The notes beneath the pieces were generated by a model. It saw only the letters and a list, made by a program, of their open reading frames with translations. It made no database searches and was not told where the DNA came from. DNA of 64,000 nucleotides from Verrucomicrobiales bacterium (GTDB taxonomy: Bacteria > Verrucomicrobiota > Verrucomicrobiia > Limisphaerales > J093): the NCBI GenBank assembly GCA_015075445.1, contig JABTUJ010000042.1:3732-67731 (forward strand), written 5' to 3'. The position numbers and the translations under genes were made by a program. Below, one piece after another: positions 18,379 to 27,860 of the stretch. The stretch's first letter is position 1, and each line of letters starts with the position of its first letter.

Positions 18379-18451
18379 GTTGCGCGAGGGAGCGGAAGCC
18401 GAGCCAGGAAAAAGCGTGCAGCCGTCCGGAGCCGGGCTACACTTTCTGCCG

Positions 18452-19303
18452 ATGTTTCCGTCCGTTAACACGAACGACGTCGGGGAAGTGCAGCGGGAGG
18501 TCGTTCGCCTTTTCCAGGAGATGTTCCCGGGCGAGGATCCGCATCTGATCGAGTGCGCCTTTGAGCACCTCGCCACGTGCTTCTCGGGCGGCAACCCGAA
18601 GTATCAGCGGATCGATGTTCACTACCACGACCTCGAGCACACGCTGCAGGGCACGCTCTGTCTGGCGCGCCTGCTCCACGGTCGCCATCGCGCCGGCGCC
18701 CAACCACCGGTTGATCTGGCCCTCTTCCGGCTGGGAATCCTTGCCGTCCTCCTCCACGACACCGGCTATCTGAAACGCCCCGGCGACCACGAGGGCACGG
18801 GCGCCAAGTACACCGCGGTGCACGTGACCCGCAGCGCGGAGTTCGCCGCCGAGTGCCTGGGCATGAAGAACTTCACCGGGCCGGAGATCCGCGCCGTCCA
18901 GAACATGATCCGCTGCACCGGGGTTGGCGTGGACCTGAACTCGATCTGCTTCCAGAGCCAGGCCGAACGGCTGGTCGGTTACGCCCTCGCCACCGCGGAT
19001 CTGCTCGGCCAGATGGCCGCCGAGGACTACGTAGACAAGCTGCCCGTGCTCTACGACGAATTCCGCGAAGCCGCCGCCTACAGCCCGGAACTTCACGGGG
19101 ACTTCACGCACTTCACCAACGCCGACGAACTGCGGCGTAACACGCCCCGGTTCTGGTCCCACTACGTCCGGCCGCGGCTGGAGCACGAATTCGGCGGGCT
19201 CTACCACTTTCTGGAGGATCCTTACCCCGGCGGCCCGAACTGGTACCTCGAACGCATCGAGGCCAACCTGGCCCGGATCGAGAAGTTGCTCGCTCCGGCC
19301 TGA
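18452..19303 (+). CDS. HD-domain protein
   Basis: YHDLEHTLQ ... AVLLHDTGY ... LATADLLGQMAAEDY. Start taken at MFPSVNTNDV. Confidence 0.7.
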   Translation: MFPSVNTNDVGEVQREVVRLFQEMFPGEDPHLIECAFEHLATCFSGGNPKYQRIDVHYHDLEHTLQGTLCLARLLHGRHRAGAQPPVDLALFRLGILAVLLHDTGYLKRPGDHEGTGAKYTAVHVTRSAEFAAECLGMKNFTGPEIRAVQNMIRCTGVGVDLNSICFQSQAERLVGYALATADLLGQMAAEDYVDKLPVLYDEFREAAAYSPELHGDFTHFTNADELRRNTPRFWSHYVRPRLEHEFGGLYHFLEDPYPGGPNWYLERIEANLARIEKLLAPA

Positions 19304-19364
19304 ACCCGGGCTCCGCCGCTTTTGCTCTTGGCGGGCCGTCCGCCTTGCCCGTTAATTCCGCGCC

Positions 19365-20622
19365 ATGAAAATCGTGCTCGCTTATTCCGGTGGTCTGGAC
19401 ACCTCCGTCCTCTTGTCCTGGATCAAGGAGACCTATCAGGCGGAGATGATCGCGTTCTGCGCCAACATCGGCCAGGAGGAGGAGCTCAAGGGCCTGGACA
19501 AGAAAGCCCGGAAGACCGGCGCCTCCAAGTGTTACATCGACGATCTCCAGGAGGAGTTTGCCACCGACTTTATCTTCCCCCTGTTCCGCGCCGCCGCCCT
19601 CTACGAAAGCCAGTACTACCTCGGCACCTCGATTGCCCGCCCCCTGATCGCCAAGCGCATGATCGAGATCGCCCAAGCCGAGAAAGCGGATGCCATCGCC
19701 CACGGCGCCACTGGCAAAGGCAACGACCAGGTCCGCTTCGAACTGACCGCGGCCGCCCTCGCCCCCACGCTCGAAACCGTCGTGCCCTGGCGGGACGAAC
19801 GCTTTCGCGCCCAGTTCCCCGGCCGCGCCGAGATGATCGCCTACTGCGAGGCCAAGGGCATCCCGGTCCAGGCCAGCGTCCGGAAGCCGTTCTCGATGGA
19901 CCGCAACCTGCTCCACATCTCCTACGAGGCCGGCATCCTTGAGGATCCCTGGTTCGACGCCAGCCACGCGAAGAACCGCGACTTCTTCAACACCCTCTCG
20001 GTCTTTCCGGAAGACGCCCCGGACCGCCCCGAATATGTCACGCTCGACTTCGAAGCCGGCAACTGCATCGCCGTCAACGGCAAGTCCCTTTCGCCCTTGG
20101 GTGTCATGAAGACCCTCAACAAGCTCGGCGGCAAACACGGCGTCGGCCGCGTCGACATGGTGGAGAACCGTTACGTGGGCATGAAGAGCCGGGGCGTGTA
20201 CGAGACGCCCGGCGGCGCGATCCTGCACTTCGCCCATCGCCAGATGGAGAGCCTCACCATGGACCGCGAGGTCATGCACCTGCGCGATTCCCTCATCCCG
20301 CGCTACGCCGAGCTCGTGTACTACGGCTATTGGTTCAGCCCGGAACGGCTCGCCCTGCAGGCGCTCGTCGAGGAGAGCCAGCAGAACGTCACCGGCACCG
20401 TGCGCGTCAAGCTCTACAAGGGCAACCTCATCGCCGCGGGCCGCAAGTCTCCCGTGAGCCTCTACCACCCACAGATCGCCACCATGGAGGCCGACCCCAC
20501 CAAGGCGTACAATCAGAGCGACGCCACCGGCTTCATCCGCCTCAACGGCCTGCGCCTCCCGTGTCCGTTCGACCGTCCATGGGCCGAAGCGTCTGGCGGA
20601 CGCGGCGGAACCACCGCCCTGA
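19365..20622 (+). CDS. argG: Argininosuccinate synthase, +1 frame change about 60 nt before the inferred stop
   Basis: [15 protein letters not shown]...[15 protein letters not shown]...[19 protein letters not shown]...[10 protein letters not shown]. Dropping one C near 20558-20560 gives [23 protein letters not shown] with the stop at 20620-20622. The ORF as listed instead reads through to 21293. Confidence 0.85.
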
Positions 20623-20644
20623 CTGATTCTGTCCCGCTGCCGGC

Positions 20645-21400
20645 GTGCCGACCGTTCTGCCTCATTACTACAGCTCGCTCGGCCCGTTCCGCGCCGCCTT
20701 CGCCGCAGGCCTGCCCATCCTCACGTATCACAAGCTGGGCCCGCGCCCGAGGGGCGTGCGGCTGCCGGGACTCTATCTCAGCGCCGCGCGCTTCGACCAT
20801 TTCTTTCGAGGGGGTTGCGCCCAGGCTGGATTCACGAGCGTCCCGCTCGCGCCCGCGCTCCAACCGCCCGGCTCGTGCCCGCCCATCGTCCTCACCTTCG
20901 ACGATGGCATTGGCAATAACTCGTACGGCTCCGATTCTGCAGCGACACGGCTGTCAGACGATCAGTTCCTCGTCAGTGAGCGCCTGGGGCGAACAACACC
21001 TGGGAACAAGCCGAGGGCGAGGGCACCGGCGCGGCTCATGGACGATGTCGAGGTGCGCGGTGGCTCAGTGCCGGCCAATGGATCGGATCCACACCCGCAC
21101 CCGTCGTGGCTCACCCGCCTGCCCCTCGCCGCCGCCCGGGAGCAGATCGCGTCGAGCAGGAAGGACCTGGAAGACCGGTTCGGCGTGGCGGTCGAGCACT
21201 TCTGCTATCCGTACGGCGACTGGAACGAACGCGTGCGCGACGCCGTGGCGGAAGCGGGCTATACCACCGCGTGCACCGTCGAGCCCGGGGTGAACCGGCC
21301 GGACACGTCTCCCTGGAGCCTCAAGCGATTCACAGCCCGTTACCCCTCGCGCAGCCTGCGCACACTCCGGGAGTGGTGGCGCTCGTTGCGCGCCTCTTGA
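20645..21400 (+). pseudogene. Polysaccharide deacetylase family gene with several internal frame changes
   Basis: [10 protein letters not shown]...IVLTFDDG (frame A), APILQRHG (frame B), FLVSERLG (A), [11 protein letters not shown] (C), RLMDDVEVR (A), [13 protein letters not shown] (C), [14 protein letters not shown]...FCYPYGDWN...LKRF (A). Confidence 0.6.
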
Positions 21401-21450
21401 AGCCTCCGAATCCGGGCCACCCGGCCAACCCTGCATCCCCCCCTCTCAAA

Positions 21451-21550
21451 GTAGGCGCCGACGTCAGGAGGCGTTGTGTGCGGACGTCAGGAGGCGTTGT
21501 GCGCGGACGTAAGGAGGCGTTGTGTGCGGACGTCAGGAGGCGTTGTGCGC
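21451..21550. repeat. Tandem array, 4 x 23 bp (CGGACGTCAGGAGGCGTTGTGYG) derived from the GTAGGCGCCGACGTSAGGAGG element
   Basis: gtaggcgccgacgtcaggaggcgttgtgtg cggacgtcaggaggcgttgtgcg cggacgtaaggaggcgttgtgtg cggacgtcaggaggcgttgtgcg. Confidence 0.85.
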
Positions 21551-21591
21551 CGAGCGAAACGACGTCGTTCCGTCTCCTCTTCCTCCGCAGG

Positions 21592-22599
21592 CTACTCGGT
21601 CACGGTGTCGTAGAACCGCAGGATGTCGCCCTTCTCGCCCGTCAGTTCGGCTTCCTTGAACTTGATGGCCGTGCGCGGGTGCTGGTTCAGATAACCGGTG
21701 AGCAGGTAGGGCAGGTCGAATCCCCAGAGCAGCTTGGCGCGCATGGGTTCGATGTGGTTCTGGACACAGCCCAGCACCGGGCGCAGGTCGTACTTCGGGT
21801 TGTGCAGGAAAGCCAGGAGCAGTTCCATCGGGCAATTGCCGGCGCCCCGCCCCAGACCCGCCAGGGTGGCATCGAGGAAATTCGCGCCGCGCACGATACC
21901 CTCGACCGTGTTGGCAAAGGCCAGTTGAAGGTTGTTGTGCATGTGGACCCCCACCTCCTTGCCGGCCGGCTTGCAGTGGCTGAGGTACTTCTTCACCAGG
22001 TAATCCACCTGCTCGCTGTAGAGGGAGCCGAAGCTGTCCACCACGTAAATGGCCTTCGCCTCGGATCCGGCCATCAGTTCCAGCCCCTCCGCCAGTTCGC
22101 GGTCCGGCACCGTCGATACGGCCATGAGGTTCAACGTGGTTTCGTAGCCCTTGTCGTGGGCGTCCTTGACCATGTCCAGGGCCGTGGGGATCTGGCTGAT
22201 GTAGGTCGCCACCCGCACCATGTCCACGACGCTCTCGGCCTTGGGCGGGATGTCCTCGCGGTAATCGCACTTCTCCGCATCCGCCATCACGGTGAGCTTC
22301 AGCGCCGTGGGATTGTCGCCCACGATCCGCCGGATGTCCTCCTCGCGGCAGTACTTCCAGCCGCCGTACTCGCCCAGCTTGATCCCCTTGCGCGACGCCT
22401 TGTACCCGATCTCCATGTAGTCCACTCCCGCGGCCACGCAGGTCTCATAGACCGCCTTCACCACCCCGTCGTCGAACTGATGGTTGTTCATCAACCCGCC
22501 GTCGCGGATCGTGCAGTCAAGCACCTTGATTTCGGGTCGGTAGGAGATCCACCGGCCGGCCGGGGATTCCTTCGGCTTGGACGCTTTCGAGTTTGCCAT
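21592..22599 (-). CDS. HMGL-like aldolase / pyruvate carboxyltransferase-domain protein
   Basis: KVLDCTIRDGG...GVDYMEIGY...VDSFGSLY...VGVHMHNNLQLAFANT...LDATLAGLGRGAGNCPMELL. Confidence 0.75.
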   Translation of the reverse strand: MANSKASKPKESPAGRWISYRPEIKVLDCTIRDGGLMNNHQFDDGVVKAVYETCVAAGVDYMEIGYKASRKGIKLGEYGGWKYCREEDIRRIVGDNPTALKLTVMADAEKCDYREDIPPKAESVVDMVRVATYISQIPTALDMVKDAHDKGYETTLNLMAVSTVPDRELAEGLELMAGSEAKAIYVVDSFGSLYSEQVDYLVKKYLSHCKPAGKEVGVHMHNNLQLAFANTVEGIVRGANFLDATLAGLGRGAGNCPMELLLAFLHNPKYDLRPVLGCVQNHIEPMRAKLLWGFDLPYLLTGYLNQHPRTAIKFKEAELTGEKGDILRFYDTVTE

Positions 22600-22741
22600 A
22601 AGGGTCGCCGCACACAGTGCTGGCCGGCACCACTATCCGTCGACCCCACACCGGCGAACAGCAGAAAAACCGTCAGCCTCCCGCGCGCGCGCTCGCGCCT
22701 TGGCAACCCGCGTGAGATGGACCAGGCTCCCGGCGGACGAC

Positions 22742-23152
22742 ATGACCCCGAAGATGAACGAACGGGAACTGGAACTCACGCGGCGGCTGCTGGCGCTGGG
22801 CGTGCGGGAGGAGGACCTCGAGGAGACGTTCGTCCGGTCAGGCGGCCCTGGCGGACAGAACGTCAACAAGACCGCGACGTGCGTAGTGCTGCGCCATCGC
22901 CCCACCGGCACGCTGGTGAAATGCCAGACCACCCGTCACCAGGGCGCCAACCGCTGGCGCGCGCGCGAGCTGCTGGTCGCCAGGCTCGAGGACCGCGCCC
23001 GCGCCCGCGCCGCCGCCGAACAGGCGCGCCGCGAGAAGCTCCGCCGACAGAAGCGCCCGCGGAGCCGGGCAGCCAAGCAACGCATCCTGGCCGACAAAGC
23101 GCATCGGGCCCAGGTCAAGGCGGTGCGACGCCGGGTCGAAAACGAAGGGTAG
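22742..23152 (+). CDS. arfB: Alternative ribosome-rescue factor ArfB-like (GGQ peptidyl-tRNA hydrolase with basic tail)
   Basis: 136 aa. VRSGGPGGQNVNKTATCVVLRH plus the basic C-terminal tail RRQKRPRSRAAKQRILADKAHRAQVKAVRRRV, the same architecture as ArfB/YaeJ. Confidence 0.75.
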   Translation: MTPKMNERELELTRRLLALGVREEDLEETFVRSGGPGGQNVNKTATCVVLRHRPTGTLVKCQTTRHQGANRWRARELLVARLEDRARARAAAEQARREKLRRQKRPRSRAAKQRILADKAHRAQVKAVRRRVENEG

Positions 23153-23156
23153 CAAC

Positions 23157-24575
23157 GTGGAGCCTTCCCCTCCCCACATCGTCGTGCTCGGTGCCGGTTT
23201 TGGCGGGCTGACCTTCTGCAAGGCCTTCCGCCATCCACGCGCCCGCGTGACGCTCGTCGACCGCCAGAACCATCATCTCTTCCAGCCCCTTCTCTACCAG
23301 GTGGCCACGGCGGGGCTGTCGGCGCCGGACATCGCGGAGCCGGTGCGCTCGATCCTCTCCCGGCGCCGGAACGTGACCGTGCTGCTGGATGAGGTGCAAA
23401 GCCTGGACCTGGCCGCACGCCGGGTCCGCTGCGCACAGAACACCCTCGACTACGACTACCTCGTCCTCGCGCTCGGGGGCACCACCAGCTACTTCGGTCA
23501 CCCGGAATGGGAACGCTTTGCGCCCGGCCTCAAGTCGCTCGACGACGCGTTGCGGATCCGCCACGACGTGCTGCTGGCCTTCGAGCGCGCCGAGAACGAG
23601 CCGGACCCGCGAGAGCAGCAGCGTCTGATGACCGTGGCCGTGGTGGGCGGCGGACCCACCGGTGTCGAGCTGGCGGGAGCGTTCGCCGAACTGGCGCGCC
23701 ACGTGTTGCATCGCGACTTCCGTCGGGTCGACCCCTCGCGTGCCCGGGTGATCCTGATCGAAGGGGGGCCCCGCATCTTGGGGCACCTCTCCGCCCGGCT
23801 GTCCGCCAGCGCGGAGCGTCAACTCGAGCGTCTGGGCGTCGAGGTCCGTCGGCAAACCATGGTCCGCGACATCGGCGACGGCTACCTCGACCTGGCCGAC
23901 GGCCATCGGCTCGAAGCGGGCAACATCATCTGGGCCGCCGGGGTGGGTGGCAACCCGCTGACCCGCCAGCTCGGCGTCGAACTCGACCGGGCGGGGCGCG
24001 TCAAGGTTGAGCCCGACCTGAGCCTGCCGGGGCATCCCGAGGTGTTCGCCATCGGCGACCTCGCCCTGGTGCCGCGCGAAGATGGTTCGCCCGTGCCGGG
24101 GGTCTCGCCCGCGGCGATGCAGATGGCCCGGCACGTGGCGCGCCTGCTCGAGCGGGCACCGGAACCCGCCCCACCTCGACCCGCCTTCCGCTACCGGGAC
24201 AGAGGAACGATGGCCACCATCGGGCGGTCCGCGGCGGTGGCTCAACTAGGGCGGCTCGAGTTCAACGGTTTCGTGGCCTGGCTCGCCTGGCTGCTGGTGC
24301 ACCTGATCTTTCTCATCGGCTTCGACAACAAGCTGGGAGTGCTCCTGCAGTGGATGTACTCCTACTGCACCTACCGGCGCGGCGCGCGGATCATCACGGG
24401 ACTCGAAACGCGCCCGAACCCGCCCCCGTTCACCAGTGCCCGAACCGGTTCGGAGGCCGCGACAGATCCGTCGGGTACACGAGATACACCGTGTTCTCCG
24501 ACACCGCCCAGGCCTGCACCAGGTTCGCCCGCGGAAACTCCCGCCGGATCTCGCGACGCGTCCCGGGATCATTGA
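23157..24575 (+). CDS. ndh: Type II NADH:quinone oxidoreductase (NDH-2); 3' end uncertain
   Basis: HIVVLGAGFGGL...HHLFQPLLYQVATAGL...VAVVGGGPTGVELAG...AIGDLA. After YRRGARIITG, the ORF runs about 59 further aa into the convergent gene. Confidence 0.85.
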   Translation: MEPSPPHIVVLGAGFGGLTFCKAFRHPRARVTLVDRQNHHLFQPLLYQVATAGLSAPDIAEPVRSILSRRRNVTVLLDEVQSLDLAARRVRCAQNTLDYDYLVLALGGTTSYFGHPEWERFAPGLKSLDDALRIRHDVLLAFERAENEPDPREQQRLMTVAVVGGGPTGVELAGAFAELARHVLHRDFRRVDPSRARVILIEGGPRILGHLSARLSASAERQLERLGVEVRRQTMVRDIGDGYLDLADGHRLEAGNIIWAAGVGGNPLTRQLGVELDRAGRVKVEPDLSLPGHPEVFAIGDLALVPREDGSPVPGVSPAAMQMARHVARLLERAPEPAPPRPAFRYRDRGTMATIGRSAAVAQLGRLEFNGFVAWLAWLLVHLIFLIGFDNKLGVLLQWMYSYCTYRRGARIITGLETRPNPPPFTSARTGSEAATDPSGTRDTPCSPTPPRPAPGSPAETPAGSRDASRDH

Positions 24576-25521
24576 CGATCACATCGCCCCGGTCGGTGAA
24601 TCCGCGCACCACCACAAGATGACCGTCCGAGCGGTCCCGCGGCTGGCCGCGCAGCAGGTTGTACGACACCGACACCGCCACGGGCACCCCCGCTGCCACC
24701 CAATCCTCGAGCTCCGCCACGTCGCTCAGCCGCGTCACGTACGCGCGCAACCCGGGGAAACTGCCGGCGAAGGCGGTATTGAAGGGCCAGTTGCCTGTGC
24801 CCGGCCACTGCGGATCGTGCACCGCCCGGGCCACCTCCGGCACGTCCACGGCAAGTTCCGGACGACCAAGCCGTTCGGACCAGTAGGCGAGCAACATGGC
24901 GAGACTCGTCGGGCTGCACCAAGCCGACACGCCCTCTGGATAGATCACCTGGCTCCGTTCCGGCACCGGCAACTCGCGCCCCCAAGCGGCCTGGTTCGGC
25001 GGCAGCGCCTCCCATGACTCCCGGCGCTTCAGCAGGCTCAGGCCGAGAAACACCAGCCGCGGTCGGATCTCGGCCGACGCCGCCGACAGCGTGACACGGA
25101 GCTGCACCGTGCGCGCCGGTTCACGCAGCACCAGGGTATCCGTCTGCACCTCGCCATGTTCGTCCTTCTGGCCGGGGACGCTTTCACGGGGATGCCCGGC
25201 CGGATCGCTGGCCCACAGACCCAGCACGTAGAAGCGCGTGGGCGGCGACGGGTCGAGCCGGCGCACCTCGAACTTCAGCCCCGTCCCGGACGGGGTCGTG
25301 GCATTCCACGAAAGCACCGCTTCGTCCCAGGCAATCGCCGGTTGAATGGGCGGCGAAACGAGCACCTGCTGGTCGGCTTTCTCCCCCGCCTGACTCTCCC
25401 AATCTGCGAACCGATCCCAACTCAAGAACTGTCGCCCCCTGTGTTCCGCGGCTTGGGCGGCCACCCCCCCGTTCAGACCGACGCACAGCGCCAGTCCCGA
25501 CAAGCACCAGGTAAGCTTCAT
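24430..25521 (-). CDS. Secreted peptidase C39-like (C39_2-type) protein
   Basis: Signal peptide MKLTWCLSGLALCVGL. Candidate catalytic Cys in VSAWCSPTSLAMLLAYW and candidate His in DGHLVVVRGF. The ATG overlaps the rhomboid stop (ATGA at 25518-25521). Confidence 0.65.
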   Translation of the reverse strand: MKLTWCLSGLALCVGLNGGVAAQAAEHRGRQFLSWDRFADWESQAGEKADQQVLVSPPIQPAIAWDEAVLSWNATTPSGTGLKFEVRRLDPSPPTRFYVLGLWASDPAGHPRESVPGQKDEHGEVQTDTLVLREPARTVQLRVTLSAASAEIRPRLVFLGLSLLKRRESWEALPPNQAAWGRELPVPERSQVIYPEGVSAWCSPTSLAMLLAYWSERLGRPELAVDVPEVARAVHDPQWPGTGNWPFNTAFAGSFPGLRAYVTRLSDVAELEDWVAAGVPVAVSVSYNLLRGQPRDRSDGHLVVVRGFTDRGDVIVNDPGTRREIRREFPRANLVQAWAVSENTVYLVYPTDLSRPPNRFGHW

Positions 25522-26423
25522 GCACTTCCTCGGCTCAAGGCGAGCGCCCAGCATATCGCTACCAACACGATGGCGGTGGCGCCGGCCAGGCGATCGGCCC
25601 GGGTGCCCCCGCCGTAGCGCTCCGGCAGCAGGTTTAACAGCACACCGAGCCCCAAGCCCCCGAAGAATCCTCCCGTGTGCGCCACCACATCACTTCGTGG
25701 GCTCAGCCCCAGGAGCACGAACAGGAGGCCGCCCGCGAGCACCCCGGTCAACCACGAGCGACGTGCTGCCAACGGATGCCGCCACAGCGCCAGCGATTGC
25801 ACGGCGAGCAACCCCAGCGCGCCCATCACCACACCCGACGCCCCCAGGCCCCGGTACGGCGCCGCGTGAAACCCCAGGCCGGCCAGATTCCCGATCCCGC
25901 CCGCCAGGAGCGTGGTCAACAGCGCCCAGCCCGCTCCATACCGGCCCATGGCCAGGCCCAGCACCACGATGCCGGTGGACACGTTCGCCGCCAGGTGCCC
26001 CACATCCGCATGCAGCATCGTGGCCGTAAACAGCCGCCACCATTCGCCGGTCGCCGGCACCGTGTGGCTCATGGCCCCGACCGCCTCGAGGTTCCCCCCG
26101 CCGGCCTCCGCCAGCCAATGCATCGCGATCATCACCCAGCACCACGCCAGCACCCCCCAGTGAAAGGTCACCCCCCACTCACGCCACTGCTGGCGCAAGG
26201 CCCAGCGCCGATTCTCCAGCCGGTACTGCCGGATGGTGGCAACCGCCGCCGCTTGCTGCTCCGTGCTCACCAGCAATACCCAGCCCAGCCCGCTTTCCTG
26301 GAAATCAATCGTGACCTCGATGCCCTGGCTCGCCAGCGCCAGACTCCAGTCCATCGCCTGCCGACGCGATCGCGTCGGAATCGCCACCCACGGCAGCGGG
26401 GCAGTTGGCAGGTCAGCGGACAC
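25518..26423 (-). CDS. Rhomboid-family intramembrane serine protease with N-terminal cytoplasmic domain
   Basis: MLHADVGHLAANV (HxxxN) and GLGASGVVMGALG (GxSG). GTG start at 26423. Confidence 0.85.
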   Translation of the reverse strand: MSADLPTAPLPWVAIPTRSRRQAMDWSLALASQGIEVTIDFQESGLGWVLLVSTEQQAAAVATIRQYRLENRRWALRQQWREWGVTFHWGVLAWCWVMIAMHWLAEAGGGNLEAVGAMSHTVPATGEWWRLFTATMLHADVGHLAANVSTGIVVLGLAMGRYGAGWALLTTLLAGGIGNLAGLGFHAAPYRGLGASGVVMGALGLLAVQSLALWRHPLAARRSWLTGVLAGGLLFVLLGLSPRSDVVAHTGGFFGGLGLGVLLNLLPERYGGGTRADRLAGATAIVLVAICWALALSRGSA

Positions 26424-27860
26424 CGAAGGGAAGTTCCAAGGTCAAAGCGCAAAGCTCAAGGGAAGATCCAGGGCCCGAGACCGCAGGTGCCATCTGGACG
26501 GAACGCAGCGGCTGGAAGCTCCAAGGACAAAGTTCAAAGCTCAAGGGAAGGGCCAAGCTCAAGGGGACAAGCGCCCAGTGCGCGGCGACCAGGGTTGGGC
26601 TCGGCACCCTGGCACTTGGAGGTTGAAGCTTTCCTTGAGCTTTGAGCTTTGACCTTGGAGCTTCCGTCCTTCCCTTGAGCCTTGAGCTTTGACCTTGGAG
26701 CTTCCGTCCTTCCCTTGAGCTTTGAGCTTTGACCTTGGAGCTTCCGTCCTTTCCTTGAGCTTTGAGCTTTGACCTTGGAGCTTCCGTCCTTTCCTTGAGC
26801 TTTGAGCTTTGACCTTGGAGCTTCCGTCCTTTCCTTGAGCTTTGAGCTTTGACCTTGGAGCTTCAGTCCTTTCGCCCAGGCTTTGAGTTGACCTTGGAGC
26901 TTCCGTCTTTCAGGCCTTGAGCTTTGACGCGGAGCTTCCGTCCTTTCTTTGCCAGGCTTTGAGCTTTGAGCTTCCGTCCTTTCATGAGCTTTGAGCTTTG
27001 ACGGAGCTTTCGTCCTTTCGCCAGGCTTTTGAGCTTTGGACTTGAGCTTCGTCCTTTTGAGCCATGAGCTTTGACGGAGCTTCAGTCCTTTCGCCAGGGC
27101 GCTGACGCTTGGAGCTTCCGTCCTTTCCTTCAGGCCTTGAGCTTTGACCTTGGAGCTTCCGTCCTTTCCGCCGAGGCTTGAGCTGACTTTGAGCTTCGTC
27201 CTTTCGCTGAGTTGAGTTTTGGACCTTGGAGTTTGTCCTTTCATGAGCAGCAGGCTTTGACCTTGGGCTTCCGTCCTTTCCTTGAGCTTTGAGCTTTGAC
27301 GCGGAGCTTCCGTTCTTTACAGCGGGCTTTGAGCTTGACGGGCTTCGTCCTTTCGCGGGCTTTGAGCTTTTGACGCGGAGCTTCCGTCCTTTCCTTGAGC
27401 CAGCAGCTTTGACGGGCTTCCGTCCTTTCGCAGGCAGCGAGCTTTGACTTTGGAGCTTCCGTCCTTCCCATTGAGCTTTGAGCTTTGACGCGGGCTTCCG
27501 TCCTTCCTTGAGCTTTGAGCTTTGACCGCCGGAGCTTCGTCCTTTCAGCCAGGCTTTGAGGCTTTGACCCGGGCTCTGTCCTTTTCAGAGCCTTGAGCTT
27601 TGACCTTGGAGCTCCGTCCTTTCCTTGAGCCTTGAGCTTGACCTTGAGCTTCCGTCCTTTCGCCAGGCTTTGAGCTTTGTGACCTTGAGCTTCCGTCCTT
27701 TCGCCAGGCTTGAGCTTTGACCTTGGAGCTTCCGTCCTTTCCTTGAGCCTTGAGCTTTGACCTTGGAGCTTCCGTCCTTTCCTTGAGCCTTGAGCTTTGA
27801 CCTTGGAGCTTCCGTCCTTTCCTTGAGCTTTGAGCTTTGACCTTGGAGCTTCCGTCCTTC
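26424..27860. repeat. Satellite-like tandem array of a 40-bp unit (about 31 forward copies plus about 2 inverted copies)
   Basis: Unit CTTCCGTCCTTTCCTTGAGCTTTGAGCTTTGACCTTGGAG. There is exact 40-nt phasing at 26661-26861 and at 27729-27849. The central copies are degenerate. Inverted copies lie at 26427-26565. Confidence 0.95.

Noticed and set aside
19365-21293. 642-aa ArgG fusion protein
   Set aside because: The ArgG similarity ends at about residue 398. The rest is an alternative frame of the deacetylase gene, and a one-base correction restores a normal ArgG C-terminus and a stop at 20620-20622.
26534-27471. ORFs 26534..27244 and 27241..27471 (and the tail of 27585..28517) encoding Lys/Ser/Gln/Glu-rich repetitive proteins
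   Set aside because: They lie entirely in the 40-bp satellite. Because 40 is not a multiple of 3, the same DNA unit is read in all three frames in turn (120-nt peptide period), and the central copies carry indels. The ORFs stay open only because the unit lacks stop codons on that strand.
26424-27860. CRISPR array interpretation of the 40-bp, 22-bp (50600-50962) and 39-bp (48318-48463) arrays
   Set aside because: The repeats are contiguous, with no unique spacers between them, and no cas genes are present in the window.
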